From assembly GCA_003134555.1 (NCBI GenBank), contig PLBO01000116.1, positions 29,950 through 93,949 of the forward strand: a stretch of DNA of 64,000 nucleotides, written 5' to 3'. This DNA comes from Actinomycetota bacterium (GTDB lineage Bacteria > Actinomycetota > Acidimicrobiia > IMCC26256 > PALSA-610). Below are positions 45,226 to 54,562 of this stretch, in pieces. How positions within the stretch are numbered: the first letter of the stretch is position 1; every line of letters begins with the position of its first letter. Both the position numbers and the translations under genes were made by a program. A model generated the notes under the pieces. It was not told where the DNA came from, did not search any database, and worked only from the letters and a program-made list of their open reading frames with translations.

Positions 45226-45984
45226 ATGCCGCTCTCCGCGGAAGAGCGCGCCGAGTCGCGTGCGAAGTTCGTCGAATACCGCCGAACCGGCGAGCGGAAG
45301 CTGCGCAACGAGCTGATCGAGGCGCACAAGTCGCTCGCTTCGCATCTCGCGCGCCGTTACGCGAACCGCGGTGAGCCGTTCGACGACCTCCTGCAGGTCG
45401 CGTACCTCGGCATGCTCAAGGCGGTCGAGCGTTTCGACCCCGACCGGAACCTCGAGTTCTCCACGTATGCGACTGTGACCGTCGAGGGCGAGCTGAAGCG
45501 GCACTTCCGCGACAAGACGTGGTCGATACGCGTTCCCCGGCGTCCGCAGGAGCTGCATCTTCGGCTCGGCAACGTGATCAACGAGCTGTCTCAGCGACTC
45601 GCCCGCGCGCCGCGTGTCCCCGAGGTCGCCGCCGAGCTCGGGGTGGCCGAGGAAGAGGTGCTCGAAGCGATGGAAGTCGGCGGCGCGTACCGCTCGTCAT
45701 CGCTCGACACCCGCCCGGGCGAGAACAGCGAGCCGACGGCGATCGAGCGACGACTCGGTGCGGAGGATCGCAACTTCGACATCGCCGAGCACCGCGTGCT
45801 GCTCGACGCGGTGCTGTGCGACCTGTCCGAACGCGAACGCACCATCGTCGAGCTGCGTTTCTTCCACGACAAGACGCAGACCGAGATCGCCGAGGAAGTC
45901 GGCATCAGCCAGATGCACGTCTCGCGGTTGCTCGCGCGCACGCTGATCCAGCTGCGCGAACGGCTCGAGACGCTCGACGCGTAA
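45226..45984 (+). CDS. sigF: SigB/SigF/SigG-family RNA polymerase sigma factor
   Basis: 252 aa: ...GEPFDDLLQVAYLGMLKAVERFDPDRNLEFSTYATVTVEGELKRHFRDKTWSIRVPRR.QELHLRLG...ERERTIVELRFFHDKTQTEIAEEVGISQMHVSRLL. Confidence 0.85.
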   Translation: MPLSAEERAESRAKFVEYRRTGERKLRNELIEAHKSLASHLARRYANRGEPFDDLLQVAYLGMLKAVERFDPDRNLEFSTYATVTVEGELKRHFRDKTWSIRVPRRPQELHLRLGNVINELSQRLARAPRVPEVAAELGVAEEEVLEAMEVGGAYRSSSLDTRPGENSEPTAIERRLGAEDRNFDIAEHRVLLDAVLCDLSERERTIVELRFFHDKTQTEIAEEVGISQMHVSRLLARTLIQLRERLETLDA

Positions 45985-46019
45985 CCGCGTCCGTGTAGCA
46001 CGGACCGCCGCGTTCTCTT

Positions 46020-46901
46020 TCAGTGCGCGTGCTCGTGCGGGTCGTCGACGCACGCATGGCATTCGACCTCGAGCGTGGCGTGCTCGATTCCGAAGCCGCT
46101 TGCGAGCATGCGCTTCAGCTCGCCCGCGCGCTCCTGCGCGTCGTGCAGGCTGAGCGGCCCGCCCAGCACCACATGCGCCGACAACGCCGCCTGCTCGCTC
46201 CCGGTCGTCCAGAGATGGAGATGGTGAACGGCCTCGACACCGGCCTCTGCGCAAAGCGCCTCGCGCACTGCCGACACATCGAGGTTTGCGGGTACGGCCT
46301 CGAGCAGGACGCGGCCCGCGTCTCGCAACAATTGCCAAGCGGCGGCGATCACGAGCACCGCGATCACGATCGACGCCGCAGGGTCGAGCCATCCGGCACC
46401 GAAGAGCGCCACCCCCGCCCCCGCGACCATCACGCCGATCGAGCCCAACGCGTCGGTGAAGAGATGCCAGAACGCGCCGCGGAGGTTCATGCTCCCATGT
46501 GCGTGCCGGTAGAGCACGCGGGCGCTCACGGCGTTGACGATCAGGCCGATAGCGCCGACGACGAACACGCCGGATGCCGAGAGATCGGGTTGGGAGCCGA
46601 AACGTCGGACCGCCTCGATGATGACGACGACCGCGCCCGCGAAGAGGAGCAGCCCGTTTCCCTGCGCGACGAGCACTTCGGTGCGAGCGAAGCCGAACGT
46701 GTGTCGATCGGTCGGCGGGCGTTGCGTGAGCCGCAGTGCCGCGTACGCAACTGAGAGGACAACGACGTCGGTTGCCATGTGCGCGGCGTCGGCGAGCAAC
46801 GCGAGCGATCCGAACGCGAATCCCCCGGCCACCTCGACCGCGAGGAAGGCGGCGTTCGCGACGAGGGCGAACACCAGGGCGCGACCACGGGCGTGTCCCA
46901 A
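46020..46901 (-). CDS. Cation diffusion facilitator (CzcD/ZitB-like) metal efflux transporter
   Basis: Trimmed from ORF 46020..47603 to the TTG at 46901. Sequence: (L)GHARGRALVFALVANAAFLAVEVAGGFAFGSLALLADAAHMATD...HLWT...His-rich C-terminus DDPHEHAH. Confidence 0.85.
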   Translation of the reverse strand: MGHARGRALVFALVANAAFLAVEVAGGFAFGSLALLADAAHMATDVVVLSVAYAALRLTQRPPTDRHTFGFARTEVLVAQGNGLLLFAGAVVVIIEAVRRFGSQPDLSASGVFVVGAIGLIVNAVSARVLYRHAHGSMNLRGAFWHLFTDALGSIGVMVAGAGVALFGAGWLDPAASIVIAVLVIAAAWQLLRDAGRVLLEAVPANLDVSAVREALCAEAGVEAVHHLHLWTTGSEQAALSAHVVLGGPLSLHDAQERAGELKRMLASGFGIEHATLEVECHACVDDPHEHAH

Positions 46902-46936
46902 CGTGTCGATGCCCGGAATTCTACGTGCGTGAGAAG

Positions 46937-48124
46937 TTACGGATGCCCCGGACCCAGGCGTTCGGCGCGCGCCGCCTCCCGACGGAACAGCTCCTCGACG
47001 TCGCCCCGCATCTTCTCCTCGGTTGGGGGCCACCCGTTCGGGCTGACGCGACCCTCGATAGCCGAAAGCTCGACCGGCCTCCGTTCGTTCGAGGCCTGGT
47101 ACACCGCGAAGCAGAGCTGCAACGCCCGGGTCGCGGTCTCGGGGTCGAGATCCGGCGCCTCCCCCGCGAGCAACCCGTCGACGAATGCGGCCGCCGAGCG
47201 ACGAAAGGAGCCGTCGTACGACGCGTCGAGCTCGGCAAACGAGGTCTGGCGCCCGTCCTCCTCGTACAGCACGACCGGCGCGAGCCCCGCGTGCAGGTTG
47301 CCGGACAGTCGCGTGACCCAAATGAACCCGCGCGTGCCCTGCACCTCGAAGAACTCGTCGGCGCCGTAATAGTCGCTGCTGATGAACATGTCGGGCGCGT
47401 ACGAGACCTCCATCATGCCGAGCAGGTCGTCGCGGTCGTACTCGAAAAGGGCGACGGTCGGCGTCTCGAAGAAGAGCGGCCCTTGGCGAACGACCGACTG
47501 CACGCTGCGAATATCGCTGTCGACGAGCCACAGGGCCATTGCGTACTTGTGCATGACGTCGTCGAAGAGGTGCCCGCCCGGGCTCTCGGCGTTGAAGCGC
47601 CACGTATACCCGGCGGGATCGAGATTGGCCTGGAATCGCGATTCCGTGCGACCGACGACCGTCTTGATGCGCACGACCGTCGGCGTGCCGATCGCGCCTT
47701 CGCGGATGAGATCGCGCGCCTTACGCAGCGGCGGGTAGTAACAGCAGTTCTCGGTGACCCGGAACATTCGACCGGCCTCGTGCGCGGCCTCGATCATCTG
47801 CCGCGCGTCGCCGACGTCGTTCGCGATCGGCTTCTGGCACGAGACGTGCTTGCCCGCGCGCAAGGCCGCGATCGTGTGCTCGGCGTGCAGCGGCGTGGGG
47901 CTGAGGATCTCGACCGCGTCGACGTCGTCGTCGGCGAGCAACTCGTCGAGCTTCGTGTACCCACGCGGCACTCCCCACTCGGACACCCGACGCTCGAGCA
48001 CCTCCGGTCGGGGGTCGCACAGCGCCACGACATCGCATTGCTCGTGCTCGAGATAGCCCGGCACGTTCAACGTCGCGATATTGCCCGCGCCGACGATTCC
48101 GATACGCACACGATTGGTCGCCAT
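46937..48124 (-). CDS. Gfo/Idh/MocA family oxidoreductase
   Basis: Trimmed from ORF 46937..48583 to the ATG at 48124. Sequence: MATNRVRIGIVGAGNIATLNVPGY...VEILSPTPLHAEHTIAALRAGKHVSCQKP. Confidence 0.85.
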   Translation of the reverse strand: MATNRVRIGIVGAGNIATLNVPGYLEHEQCDVVALCDPRPEVLERRVSEWGVPRGYTKLDELLADDDVDAVEILSPTPLHAEHTIAALRAGKHVSCQKPIANDVGDARQMIEAAHEAGRMFRVTENCCYYPPLRKARDLIREGAIGTPTVVRIKTVVGRTESRFQANLDPAGYTWRFNAESPGGHLFDDVMHKYAMALWLVDSDIRSVQSVVRQGPLFFETPTVALFEYDRDDLLGMMEVSYAPDMFISSDYYGADEFFEVQGTRGFIWVTRLSGNLHAGLAPVVLYEEDGRQTSFAELDASYDGSFRRSAAAFVDGLLAGEAPDLDPETATRALQLCFAVYQASNERRPVELSAIEGRVSPNGWPPTEEKMRGDVEELFRREAARAERLGPGHP

Positions 48125-48193
48125 CTCGGTACTCTCGCACAGAGGTCGGAAAATGCGCTCGCCGGGAGCGCCGGGCACCCCTACGGTGGCCCG

Positions 48194-48838
48194 ATGCAGA
48201 TCGCCCCGACCGACCGCACCACGGTCCGCCGCCAGTCGCAGCGCGCGAGTTACGAGCGCAAGCTCGTCGACGCGGTGATCGACGAAGCCCTCTCGTGCCA
48301 CGTGGGTTTCGCGATCGACGGTCGTCCGTGGGTCATCCCGACGATTCACGCCCGGATCGACGACGTCCTCTACCTCCACGGCGCGGTGGCCAACCACATG
48401 CTGCGCGAGATCTCCGGTGGGATCGAGGCCTGCGTGACGATCACCCTGGTCGACGCGCTCGTGCTCGCCCGATCGGCCTTTCACCACTCGATGAACTACC
48501 GCTCGGTGATGGTCTTCGGGCGGGCGACGATCGTCGACGACCCCGACGAGAAGTGGGCCGCGTTGCACGCGCTGGTCGAGCACGTGGTTCCGGGCCGCAT
48601 GGCCGAAGCCCGGCCTCCGTCCGACGCGGAGCTGCGCAAGACGGCGGTGCTGAGGCTGCCGATCAGCGAGGCGTCGGCCAAGGTGCGGACGGGTGGCCCG
48701 ATCGACGACCCGGAGGATCTGGCGCTCCCGGTCTGGGCCGGTCAGCTGCCGCTGTCGACCGCGTACGGATCAGCCGTCTCGGAGCCCGACACCGTCGCGA
48801 CCGTACCCGCCTACGTGACCGGATACCGGCGACCGTAG
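48194..48838 (+). CDS. Pyridoxamine 5'-phosphate oxidase-related FMN-binding protein
   Basis: These are the last 214 codons of ORF 46736..48838 (ATG 48194). Sequence: ...SCHVGFAIDGRPWVIPTIHARIDDVLYLHGAVANHML...HSMNYRSVMVFGRA. Confidence 0.75.
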   Translation: MQIAPTDRTTVRRQSQRASYERKLVDAVIDEALSCHVGFAIDGRPWVIPTIHARIDDVLYLHGAVANHMLREISGGIEACVTITLVDALVLARSAFHHSMNYRSVMVFGRATIVDDPDEKWAALHALVEHVVPGRMAEARPPSDAELRKTAVLRLPISEASAKVRTGGPIDDPEDLALPVWAGQLPLSTAYGSAVSEPDTVATVPAYVTGYRRP

Positions 48839-50371
48839 CTACGCGACCAGGCCGACCGTCGGTTCGTTGCGCACGTCGTGGTTCATCACGTCGTCGAGGA
48901 GCGCGAGCAGATCCGAGCGCGTCGACGCGTAGGCCGGATCGTCGTAGCGATTGACGACCTCGCCCGGATCGTCGCGCAGGTCATAGAGCTCGCCGAACGG
49001 AGCTTCCAGGTAGCGGTGCAGCTTGTACTGCGCGGTCGTGATCGTGCGCATGGGGATCGACGTGACGATGTTGAAGTCGTTCTCGGTGAGCACGTACTCC
49101 CGTGGTTGTACCGCGAGCGATTGGCCTTCCATCCAGCCGGGCGCCTCGAGGCCCGCCGCCTGGAGGATCGTCGGCGCGAGATCGATGGTGCCGACCGGGT
49201 CGGTCACGACGCGGCCGGCTTCTACACCCGGGCCCCGCACGAGCAGCGGCACGCGCAATAAAGAGTCGTATCCGAACGGCCCCTTGAAGATCAGTTGGTG
49301 CTCGCCCAGGAACTCACCGTGGTCGCTCGTGACGATCACGAGCGTGTCGTCGGTGAGGCCGCGCGCGTCGAGGACGTCGAGCACGCGACCGATCGCGTGA
49401 TCGAGCTGCGCGACCATGCCGTAGTAGCCCGCTGTCATCCGCGCGAGCTCGGCCCGCGTCAGCGTGGCACCACCGGGGTTGGCCCACTCGAGCGCCCGGC
49501 CGCGTAGTCCCTCGGACAGGATCTTGTGCAGGGCCGGCTTGCCCTCGAACTCGTCGGGATGGATCTGCGGGAGAACTTGCAGCGCGTCTTCGGGCGAGTA
49601 CCGGTCGCACCACGGCGCGGGCGGGTCCATGGGGTGATGCGGATCGGTGAAGCTCACCCAACCGAAGAACGGACCGTCGACGCCGTTCAACCACTCGACC
49701 GCGCGGTCGGCGACCCAGGTGGTCGGATGATCTTCCTCGGGGAGCGCGTTGCGCCAAGTCTGGGTGTGGTCCCACACCGCGCCGGCGGCTTCGGGCTGCA
49801 TGAGCCGCAATCGCTCGACGCCGCGCTCGAAACCGTCACGGAACACGTGCCGCGCGTAGTGCAAACCGAAGGGCGGCGGCCCGAAGATCCAGTTCCACCG
49901 TCCCATCAGATCGGCGATTCGCAGATTGTGGCCGAACAACAGGAGCTCCGCGTGCTCGAAGCCGAAGTAGGGGCCGTTCCATTCGGGATCGACGCGCGCC
50001 GAACCGTCGACCGACTCGATGCGTCCCGTCGGAAAGAACGGGAATGCGGAAGCGAAGTGTGCCTTGCCGATGATCGCGGTGCGGTATCCCGCTCGCCCGA
50101 GGAGTGTGGCGATCGAACGGTCCTCGGCGTCGGACGGCAAATCGATGCCGTTGCACGTGACGCCGTGCGTCGACGGATACGTACCCGTCAGGATCGTCGC
50201 GCGCGCGGGCTGACAAAGCGGGTTCTGCGTGCGCGCGCCGGAGTAACGCGTTCCCCGCGCCGCGAACGAGTCGAGCCGCGGCGTCGCCTGCAATGGGCTG
50301 CCCTCGACGCCGAGCGTGTCGGCGCGTTGCTGGTCGGTCGTGATGAGCAGTACGTTCATGCGCCTGCGCAT
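48839..50371 (-). CDS. Sulfatase (arylsulfatase family, Cys-type formylglycine motif)
   Basis: 510 aa: NVLLITTDQQRADTLG...LCQPARATILTGTYPSTHG (CxPxR)...SDHGEFLGEH. The start is ATG 50371 or ATG 50359. The stop directly abuts the convergent stop at 48838. Confidence 0.85.
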   Translation of the reverse strand: MRRRMNVLLITTDQQRADTLGVEGSPLQATPRLDSFAARGTRYSGARTQNPLCQPARATILTGTYPSTHGVTCNGIDLPSDAEDRSIATLLGRAGYRTAIIGKAHFASAFPFFPTGRIESVDGSARVDPEWNGPYFGFEHAELLLFGHNLRIADLMGRWNWIFGPPPFGLHYARHVFRDGFERGVERLRLMQPEAAGAVWDHTQTWRNALPEEDHPTTWVADRAVEWLNGVDGPFFGWVSFTDPHHPMDPPAPWCDRYSPEDALQVLPQIHPDEFEGKPALHKILSEGLRGRALEWANPGGATLTRAELARMTAGYYGMVAQLDHAIGRVLDVLDARGLTDDTLVIVTSDHGEFLGEHQLIFKGPFGYDSLLRVPLLVRGPGVEAGRVVTDPVGTIDLAPTILQAAGLEAPGWMEGQSLAVQPREYVLTENDFNIVTSIPMRTITTAQYKLHRYLEAPFGELYDLRDDPGEVVNRYDDPAYASTRSDLLALLDDVMNHDVRNEPTVGLVA

Positions 50372-50400
50372 CGTAGGTGGACGACCCGAGGAGACGCACC

Positions 50401-51330
50401 ATGAAGGCGTTGCGCACGCCCGACGACCGGTTTCGCGATCTTCCCGACTTCCCTTTCGCGCCGCATTACGTAGAGGTCGACGACGGCGAAAGTGACGGCG
50501 CAGGCGGGAAACTGCGCATCCACTACCTCGACGAGGGCCCGCGCACCGCGCCCGTCGTCCTCCTCATGCACGGCGAGCCCTCGTGGTGCTTCCTCTACCG
50601 GAAGATGATCCCGGTACTCACAAACGCCGGACTGCGCTGCATCGCGCCCGACCTCGTCGGCTTCGGCCGGTCCGACAAGCCGACCGAGCGCACCGACTAC
50701 TCCTACGCGCGCCATGTCGAATGGATGCGCGCGGCATTGTTCGATGCGCTCGACCTGCACGACGTCACGCTCGTCGCGCAGGATTGGGGTGGCCTCATCG
50801 GTCTGCGACTGGTCGGTGAGCATCCTGATCGCTTTGCTCGCGTCGTGGCCGCGAACACGTTCCTGCCGACGGGCGACACGCCGCCCGGCGAAGCGTTTCT
50901 CGGGTGGCAGCGCTTCTCGCAGACCGTTGACGACTTCGCGGTCGGGTTCATCGTCGGCGCCGGGTGCCACACGACGCCGGGCGAGGCGGTGATCGCCGGG
51001 TACGACGCTCCGTTCCCCGACGACACGTACAAAGCCGGCGCCCGCCAGTTCCCGATGCTCGTGCCGACCTCCCCCGACGATCCCGCGTCGAGCGCCAACC
51101 GAAAATCGTGGGACACGCTGCGCGCGTGGACGAAGCCGTTCCTCACCGCCTTCTCCGACCAGGATGCGATCACCCGCGGCGGCGATCGCGTCTTCCAGCG
51201 CGAAGTGCCGGGCTGCGCCGGTCAACCGCACACGACGATCGAAGGCGGCGGTCATTTCCTGCAAGAGGACAAGGGTGCGGAGCTCGCCCGAGTCGTCGCC
51301 GACTGGCTGGCCGGCACAGGCGGACCGTGA
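50401..51330 (+). CDS. Haloalkane dehalogenase (alpha/beta hydrolase, DhlA/DhmA-like)
   Basis: Trimmed to the ATG at 50401. Sequence: MKALRTPDDRFRDLPDFPFAPHYVEV...VLLMHGEPSWCFLYRKMIP...VAQDWGG...GGHFLQED. Confidence 0.85.
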   Translation: MKALRTPDDRFRDLPDFPFAPHYVEVDDGESDGAGGKLRIHYLDEGPRTAPVVLLMHGEPSWCFLYRKMIPVLTNAGLRCIAPDLVGFGRSDKPTERTDYSYARHVEWMRAALFDALDLHDVTLVAQDWGGLIGLRLVGEHPDRFARVVAANTFLPTGDTPPGEAFLGWQRFSQTVDDFAVGFIVGAGCHTTPGEAVIAGYDAPFPDDTYKAGARQFPMLVPTSPDDPASSANRKSWDTLRAWTKPFLTAFSDQDAITRGGDRVFQREVPGCAGQPHTTIEGGGHFLQEDKGAELARVVADWLAGTGGP

Positions 51331-51950
51331 GCGACGATCAGCCGCTCGACATCTTCGCGTTGCTCGACGAAGTTCAGGCGATCGCGCGCACGGGTTTGCA
51401 CTTCAGCGAGAACCCCTTCGATCGCGAGCGCTACGCGCGGTTGTTGGATGTTGCGAAGCGGCAGTACGCAGCGCACACGAGCCTCGACAACTCTGTCATC
51501 GCGGCGCGATTCGAATCCGAGATCGGATACGTGACCGCGAAGGTCGGCGCCGACGCCGCGGTGTTCGACGACCAGGACCGCATCCTGCTCGGCCGGCGCG
51601 TCGACGACGACAAGTGGGGACTCATTGCCGGCTGGGTCGACCCGAACGAGTCGCCCGCACAGACCGCAGTCCGGGAACTGGCGGAGGAAGCCGGCGTGCA
51701 GGCGCGCGTCGACCGCCTCGTCGGCGTGTTCTTCCGCGAGGCGCGCGCGGGCGAGCACCCGCACGGAACGGTGTCGATCGTCTACCTGGCGTCGATCACG
51801 GGAGGTCGGCCCACACCGCAGCCCCACGAGGTGCGCGAGCTTGCGTGGCGGGCGATCGACGACGTGCCCGCCGACGAATGGCATCACCATCACGAGACGC
51901 TCGCGCGCGCCGCGCTCGAGGCCTGGTGGCGGATGCGCGCGGGTCTTTAG
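51327..51950 (+). CDS. NUDIX hydrolase with an N-terminal Nudix_N_2-like extension
   Basis: These are the last 207 codons of ORF 50964..51950. The GTG at 51327 overlaps the upstream TGA. Sequence: ...WGLIAGWVDPNESPAQTAVRELAEEAGV (Nudix box). Confidence 0.8.
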   Translation: MSDDQPLDIFALLDEVQAIARTGLHFSENPFDRERYARLLDVAKRQYAAHTSLDNSVIAARFESEIGYVTAKVGADAAVFDDQDRILLGRRVDDDKWGLIAGWVDPNESPAQTAVRELAEEAGVQARVDRLVGVFFREARAGEHPHGTVSIVYLASITGGRPTPQPHEVRELAWRAIDDVPADEWHHHHETLARAALEAWWRMRAGL

Positions 51951-51984
51951 TGCCGCGTCAGCCGGCGTGCGCGCCGCAAGGGTG

Positions 51985-53088
51985 CTAGCCGGAGCCCGCC
52001 GCGAGCGCGCGTGCCTCGTCCGCACGATCGAGGAGGAACCTGACTGTCGGCGCCCACCACTTCAGGCTCTCGTCGATCGGCCGTCGATTGAGCTGCTCTT
52101 CGTTGTCGACGACGGCCCGTAGGATCGCGGGGCCGATCCACGCATACTTCGCCGCGATCGTTGCTGCCATGCCAAGCCGCGCCGCCGAGTCAGGACCTTG
52201 CCAACCGGCGTCGCGCAGGCCGGCGGCGTAGCCGTTCGTCACGGTCTCGTACAGGTCGTCGATCCGCACGGGATCGACATGAAAGTCGAGTACGGCGTCC
52301 GGTACGAGATTGCCGGCGTCTTCGCCAATTGCTCCGACGCCAACGAAGGCCCAGTCGATCGCAATGGTCGAGCCTTGGCTGTCGGCGAAGAGGTTCGCCG
52401 GGTGAAGGTCGAGGTGACACAACGTCCGCGGGAGTTCGTCGAGGGCGCCAAGTAACAAGGTTTGGTCGTGTCGCATCGCCTGCAGGCGTTCGATCGGTGG
52501 CTTCGGAAACCACGACGCGATACGTGGATGCTCCCATAGCTGCGCTTGGTCGACGAGATGCACATCGCCGTCGCGTTGGCGCAGATAACTCCGCAACCAG
52601 TTACGGCTCAACCACTCGTAGTCGGGGAGGACACTGCCGGTAAGGAACGCACCCTGGGTTTGACCGAGATGCCTGGCGGCCGTCTCATATCGGTCGAGCG
52701 GCCAGATCGTCGCCGGCGGTCCTTGGAGATCCTCCAACCACAACGCCACACTCCCATCGTCCCGCGGCGAAACCAGGAGGCACGTTGGCGCGCGCAGGCC
52801 ACCGGGCAGAGACTGGAGCAGCCCCGTCTCGTACGCCAGGACTTCGCGACGCCAGTAATACCAGTGCGTCGGATCCTGTCCTGAGCGCCAGTTCGGATGT
52901 CCGTCGTCGGAATGGGCGACGAGCTTCAAAATCGCCGAGCGCCGACCCACACGGACGCGCCAGATTCCCGAACTCGCGGACGCGACCGGCTCGTAGACGC
53001 GCTCCGCGGACACTCGCGAAATGTCGATGGAGCCCATCCGGAACACCGACCGGAGCTCGGCAATCGGTAGCTTCGGATCACCGACCAT
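51985..53088 (-). CDS. Aminoglycoside-phosphotransferase (APH)/kinase-like family protein
   Basis: 367 aa: ...LCHLDLHPANLFADSQGSTIAIDWAFVGVGAIGEDAG (Brenner and DxD-type motifs). Confidence 0.75.
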   Translation of the reverse strand: MVGDPKLPIAELRSVFRMGSIDISRVSAERVYEPVASASSGIWRVRVGRRSAILKLVAHSDDGHPNWRSGQDPTHWYYWRREVLAYETGLLQSLPGGLRAPTCLLVSPRDDGSVALWLEDLQGPPATIWPLDRYETAARHLGQTQGAFLTGSVLPDYEWLSRNWLRSYLRQRDGDVHLVDQAQLWEHPRIASWFPKPPIERLQAMRHDQTLLLGALDELPRTLCHLDLHPANLFADSQGSTIAIDWAFVGVGAIGEDAGNLVPDAVLDFHVDPVRIDDLYETVTNGYAAGLRDAGWQGPDSAARLGMAATIAAKYAWIGPAILRAVVDNEEQLNRRPIDESLKWWAPTVRFLLDRADEARALAAGSG

Positions 53089-53115
53089 CGATGGCTGTCT
53101 GACGCCCGACCAGGC

Positions 53116-53754
53116 TCAGCCGAGCCCGACCGGTCGCGGCCGGTTGGCACGGGGTCGAGTGATTTCGAAGAATCCGGGCTCCTGGGAGATCACCTCGATG
53201 GCGTCCCAGAGCCGGAGCGCGGCCGCGCCGGTCGGAGCCGGCGCCATCACCGGCCCCTTGAAGCCGTGCGGTGGATCGGCGCGCACGACGATCGTCGGCG
53301 TCTGGGTCTTCGGCCCGCCGAACTCGTACGCGACCGCCATGGCCTCGACGATGGGCGCGTCCCACTTCTCGTCGTCGGCCGCCTCGATGAGCTCGCGATC
53401 GAGACCACACGCGGCCAGACACGCCGAGAGAAGGGAGTCGTCGCGCGCGGCGCCGTCAACGAAGAACACGCGGCCCCACTCGGTGAGGAGTGCGTCGACG
53501 GCCTCCTCGCCGGCTTGGGCCCGGGCCGCCTCGAAGATCCGCAGCATCCGGTGCGAGACGGCATGGGCCGAGATCGCGATCTCCCGGTACTTCTCCGAAA
53601 TGGTGGGCGCCACGCCGTAGTCGTCGCGGATCTCGATGCAGTACGACCGCCACGTCACGGCGAGATCACGATGCGGCGCCACCTCTTTGATCCACCGAGA
53701 GGTAATCCATGCCCACGGGCAACTCGGATCCACGAAGACCTCGACGCCGGTCAT
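53116..53754 (-). CDS. DsbA-like thioredoxin-fold protein (single-Cys CPWA motif)
   Basis: 212 aa: MTGVEVFVDPSCPWAWITSRWI... The layout resembles mycobacterial Rv2466c-type DsbA-like proteins, but the second Cys is replaced (CPWA instead of CPWC). Confidence 0.65.
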   Translation of the reverse strand: MTGVEVFVDPSCPWAWITSRWIKEVAPHRDLAVTWRSYCIEIRDDYGVAPTISEKYREIAISAHAVSHRMLRIFEAARAQAGEEAVDALLTEWGRVFFVDGAARDDSLLSACLAACGLDRELIEAADDEKWDAPIVEAMAVAYEFGGPKTQTPTIVVRADPPHGFKGPVMAPAPTGAAALRLWDAIEVISQEPGFFEITRPRANRPRPVGLG

Positions 53755-53821
53755 GCCCCGAGGCTATCGACCGGCTGTCGCCGATGGTATGGGCGCGTGC
53801 AATCGTGCTCGACTACATCCG

Positions 53822-54562
53822 ATGCTGCACCGACGGAGAGGACTGCCCGACGATTGGGTGAACATCGTCGAAACCAACGTCGCGCTGTGGCGTGTGCTCG
53901 ACGACGACGAACGTGCGCTGCTCGGATCGACGAGCGATTGGCTGCTTCGCCACAAGCATTGGGAGGCAGCACAGGGATTCGCTCTGGTCGACGAGATCAC
54001 CGTGACCATCGCGGTGCAGGCCGCGCTGCTCGTACTTCGCCTCAGTGTCGACGAATATCGAGAGGTGAGCGCGATCGTCGTGTATCCGACGTCGATGCAA
54101 TCGCGTGGCGTCTACGCCGGTCCGGTGCGGGGAACCGTGACCGATGGTGTCGTTCCCGTGCTCGGCGAAGCGCATGGTCGCCGCGGTCCCGTGTTGCTCG
54201 CGTGGGATCAAGCGCGCGACGCGGCGCGAAATCCCGGGCGCGGGCAGAACGTGGTGTTCCACGAGTTCGCACACAAGCTCGACATGGTCGACAACGTCCT
54301 CGACGGCACACCGGCGTTGGAACATCGGGGCGACTTTGCCCGGTGGGTCCAGGTGTGCACCGAGGCCTACGACGCGTTACGGGCCGGCATCGAACGTCCT
54401 CCGCTCCAGCCTTACGGCGCGACGAACCCCGCCGAGTTCTTCGCGGTCGCGACCGAGGCGTTCTTCGACGTGCCGGTGGCCCTCGTCGAGCACGAGCCGA
54501 GGCTCTACGAGGTCATGCGCGATTTCTACAAACAGGATCCGGCGGCGAGGTCAAGTTCCTAG
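53822..54562 (+). CDS. MtfA-like zinc metallopeptidase (M90 family)
   Basis: Trimmed from ORF 53636..54562 to the ATG at 53822. Sequence: MLHRRRGLPDDW...NVVFHEFAHKLD...NPAEFFAVATEAFF...FYKQDP. Confidence 0.8.
   Translation: MLHRRRGLPDDWVNIVETNVALWRVLDDDERALLGSTSDWLLRHKHWEAAQGFALVDEITVTIAVQAALLVLRLSVDEYREVSAIVVYPTSMQSRGVYAGPVRGTVTDGVVPVLGEAHGRRGPVLLAWDQARDAARNPGRGQNVVFHEFAHKLDMVDNVLDGTPALEHRGDFARWVQVCTEAYDALRAGIERPPLQPYGATNPAEFFAVATEAFFDVPVALVEHEPRLYEVMRDFYKQDPAARSSS

Noticed and set aside
46736-48193. First 486 codons of the 700-aa track ORF 46736..48838, and the similar upstream extensions of ORFs 46020..47603 and 46937..48583
   Set aside because: These are mutually overlapping high-GC shadow frames. 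Each real gene (CDF transporter, Gfo/Idh/MocA oxidoreductase, PNPOx-like protein) accounts for only the C-terminal part, which has a recognisable N-terminal start motif and a Shine-Dalgarno.
48839-50371. Sulfatase lacking a formylglycine-generating enzyme or anSME partner
   Set aside because: Maturation enzymes are frequently encoded elsewhere. Their absence from a 64-kb window is not informative.
53752-53755. ATG at 53753 as the start of the MtfA-like gene, overlapping the divergent DsbA-like start codon (53754)
   Set aside because: Head-to-head overlapping start codons leave no promoter space. Alignment to MtfA from memory supports the downstream ATG at 53822.
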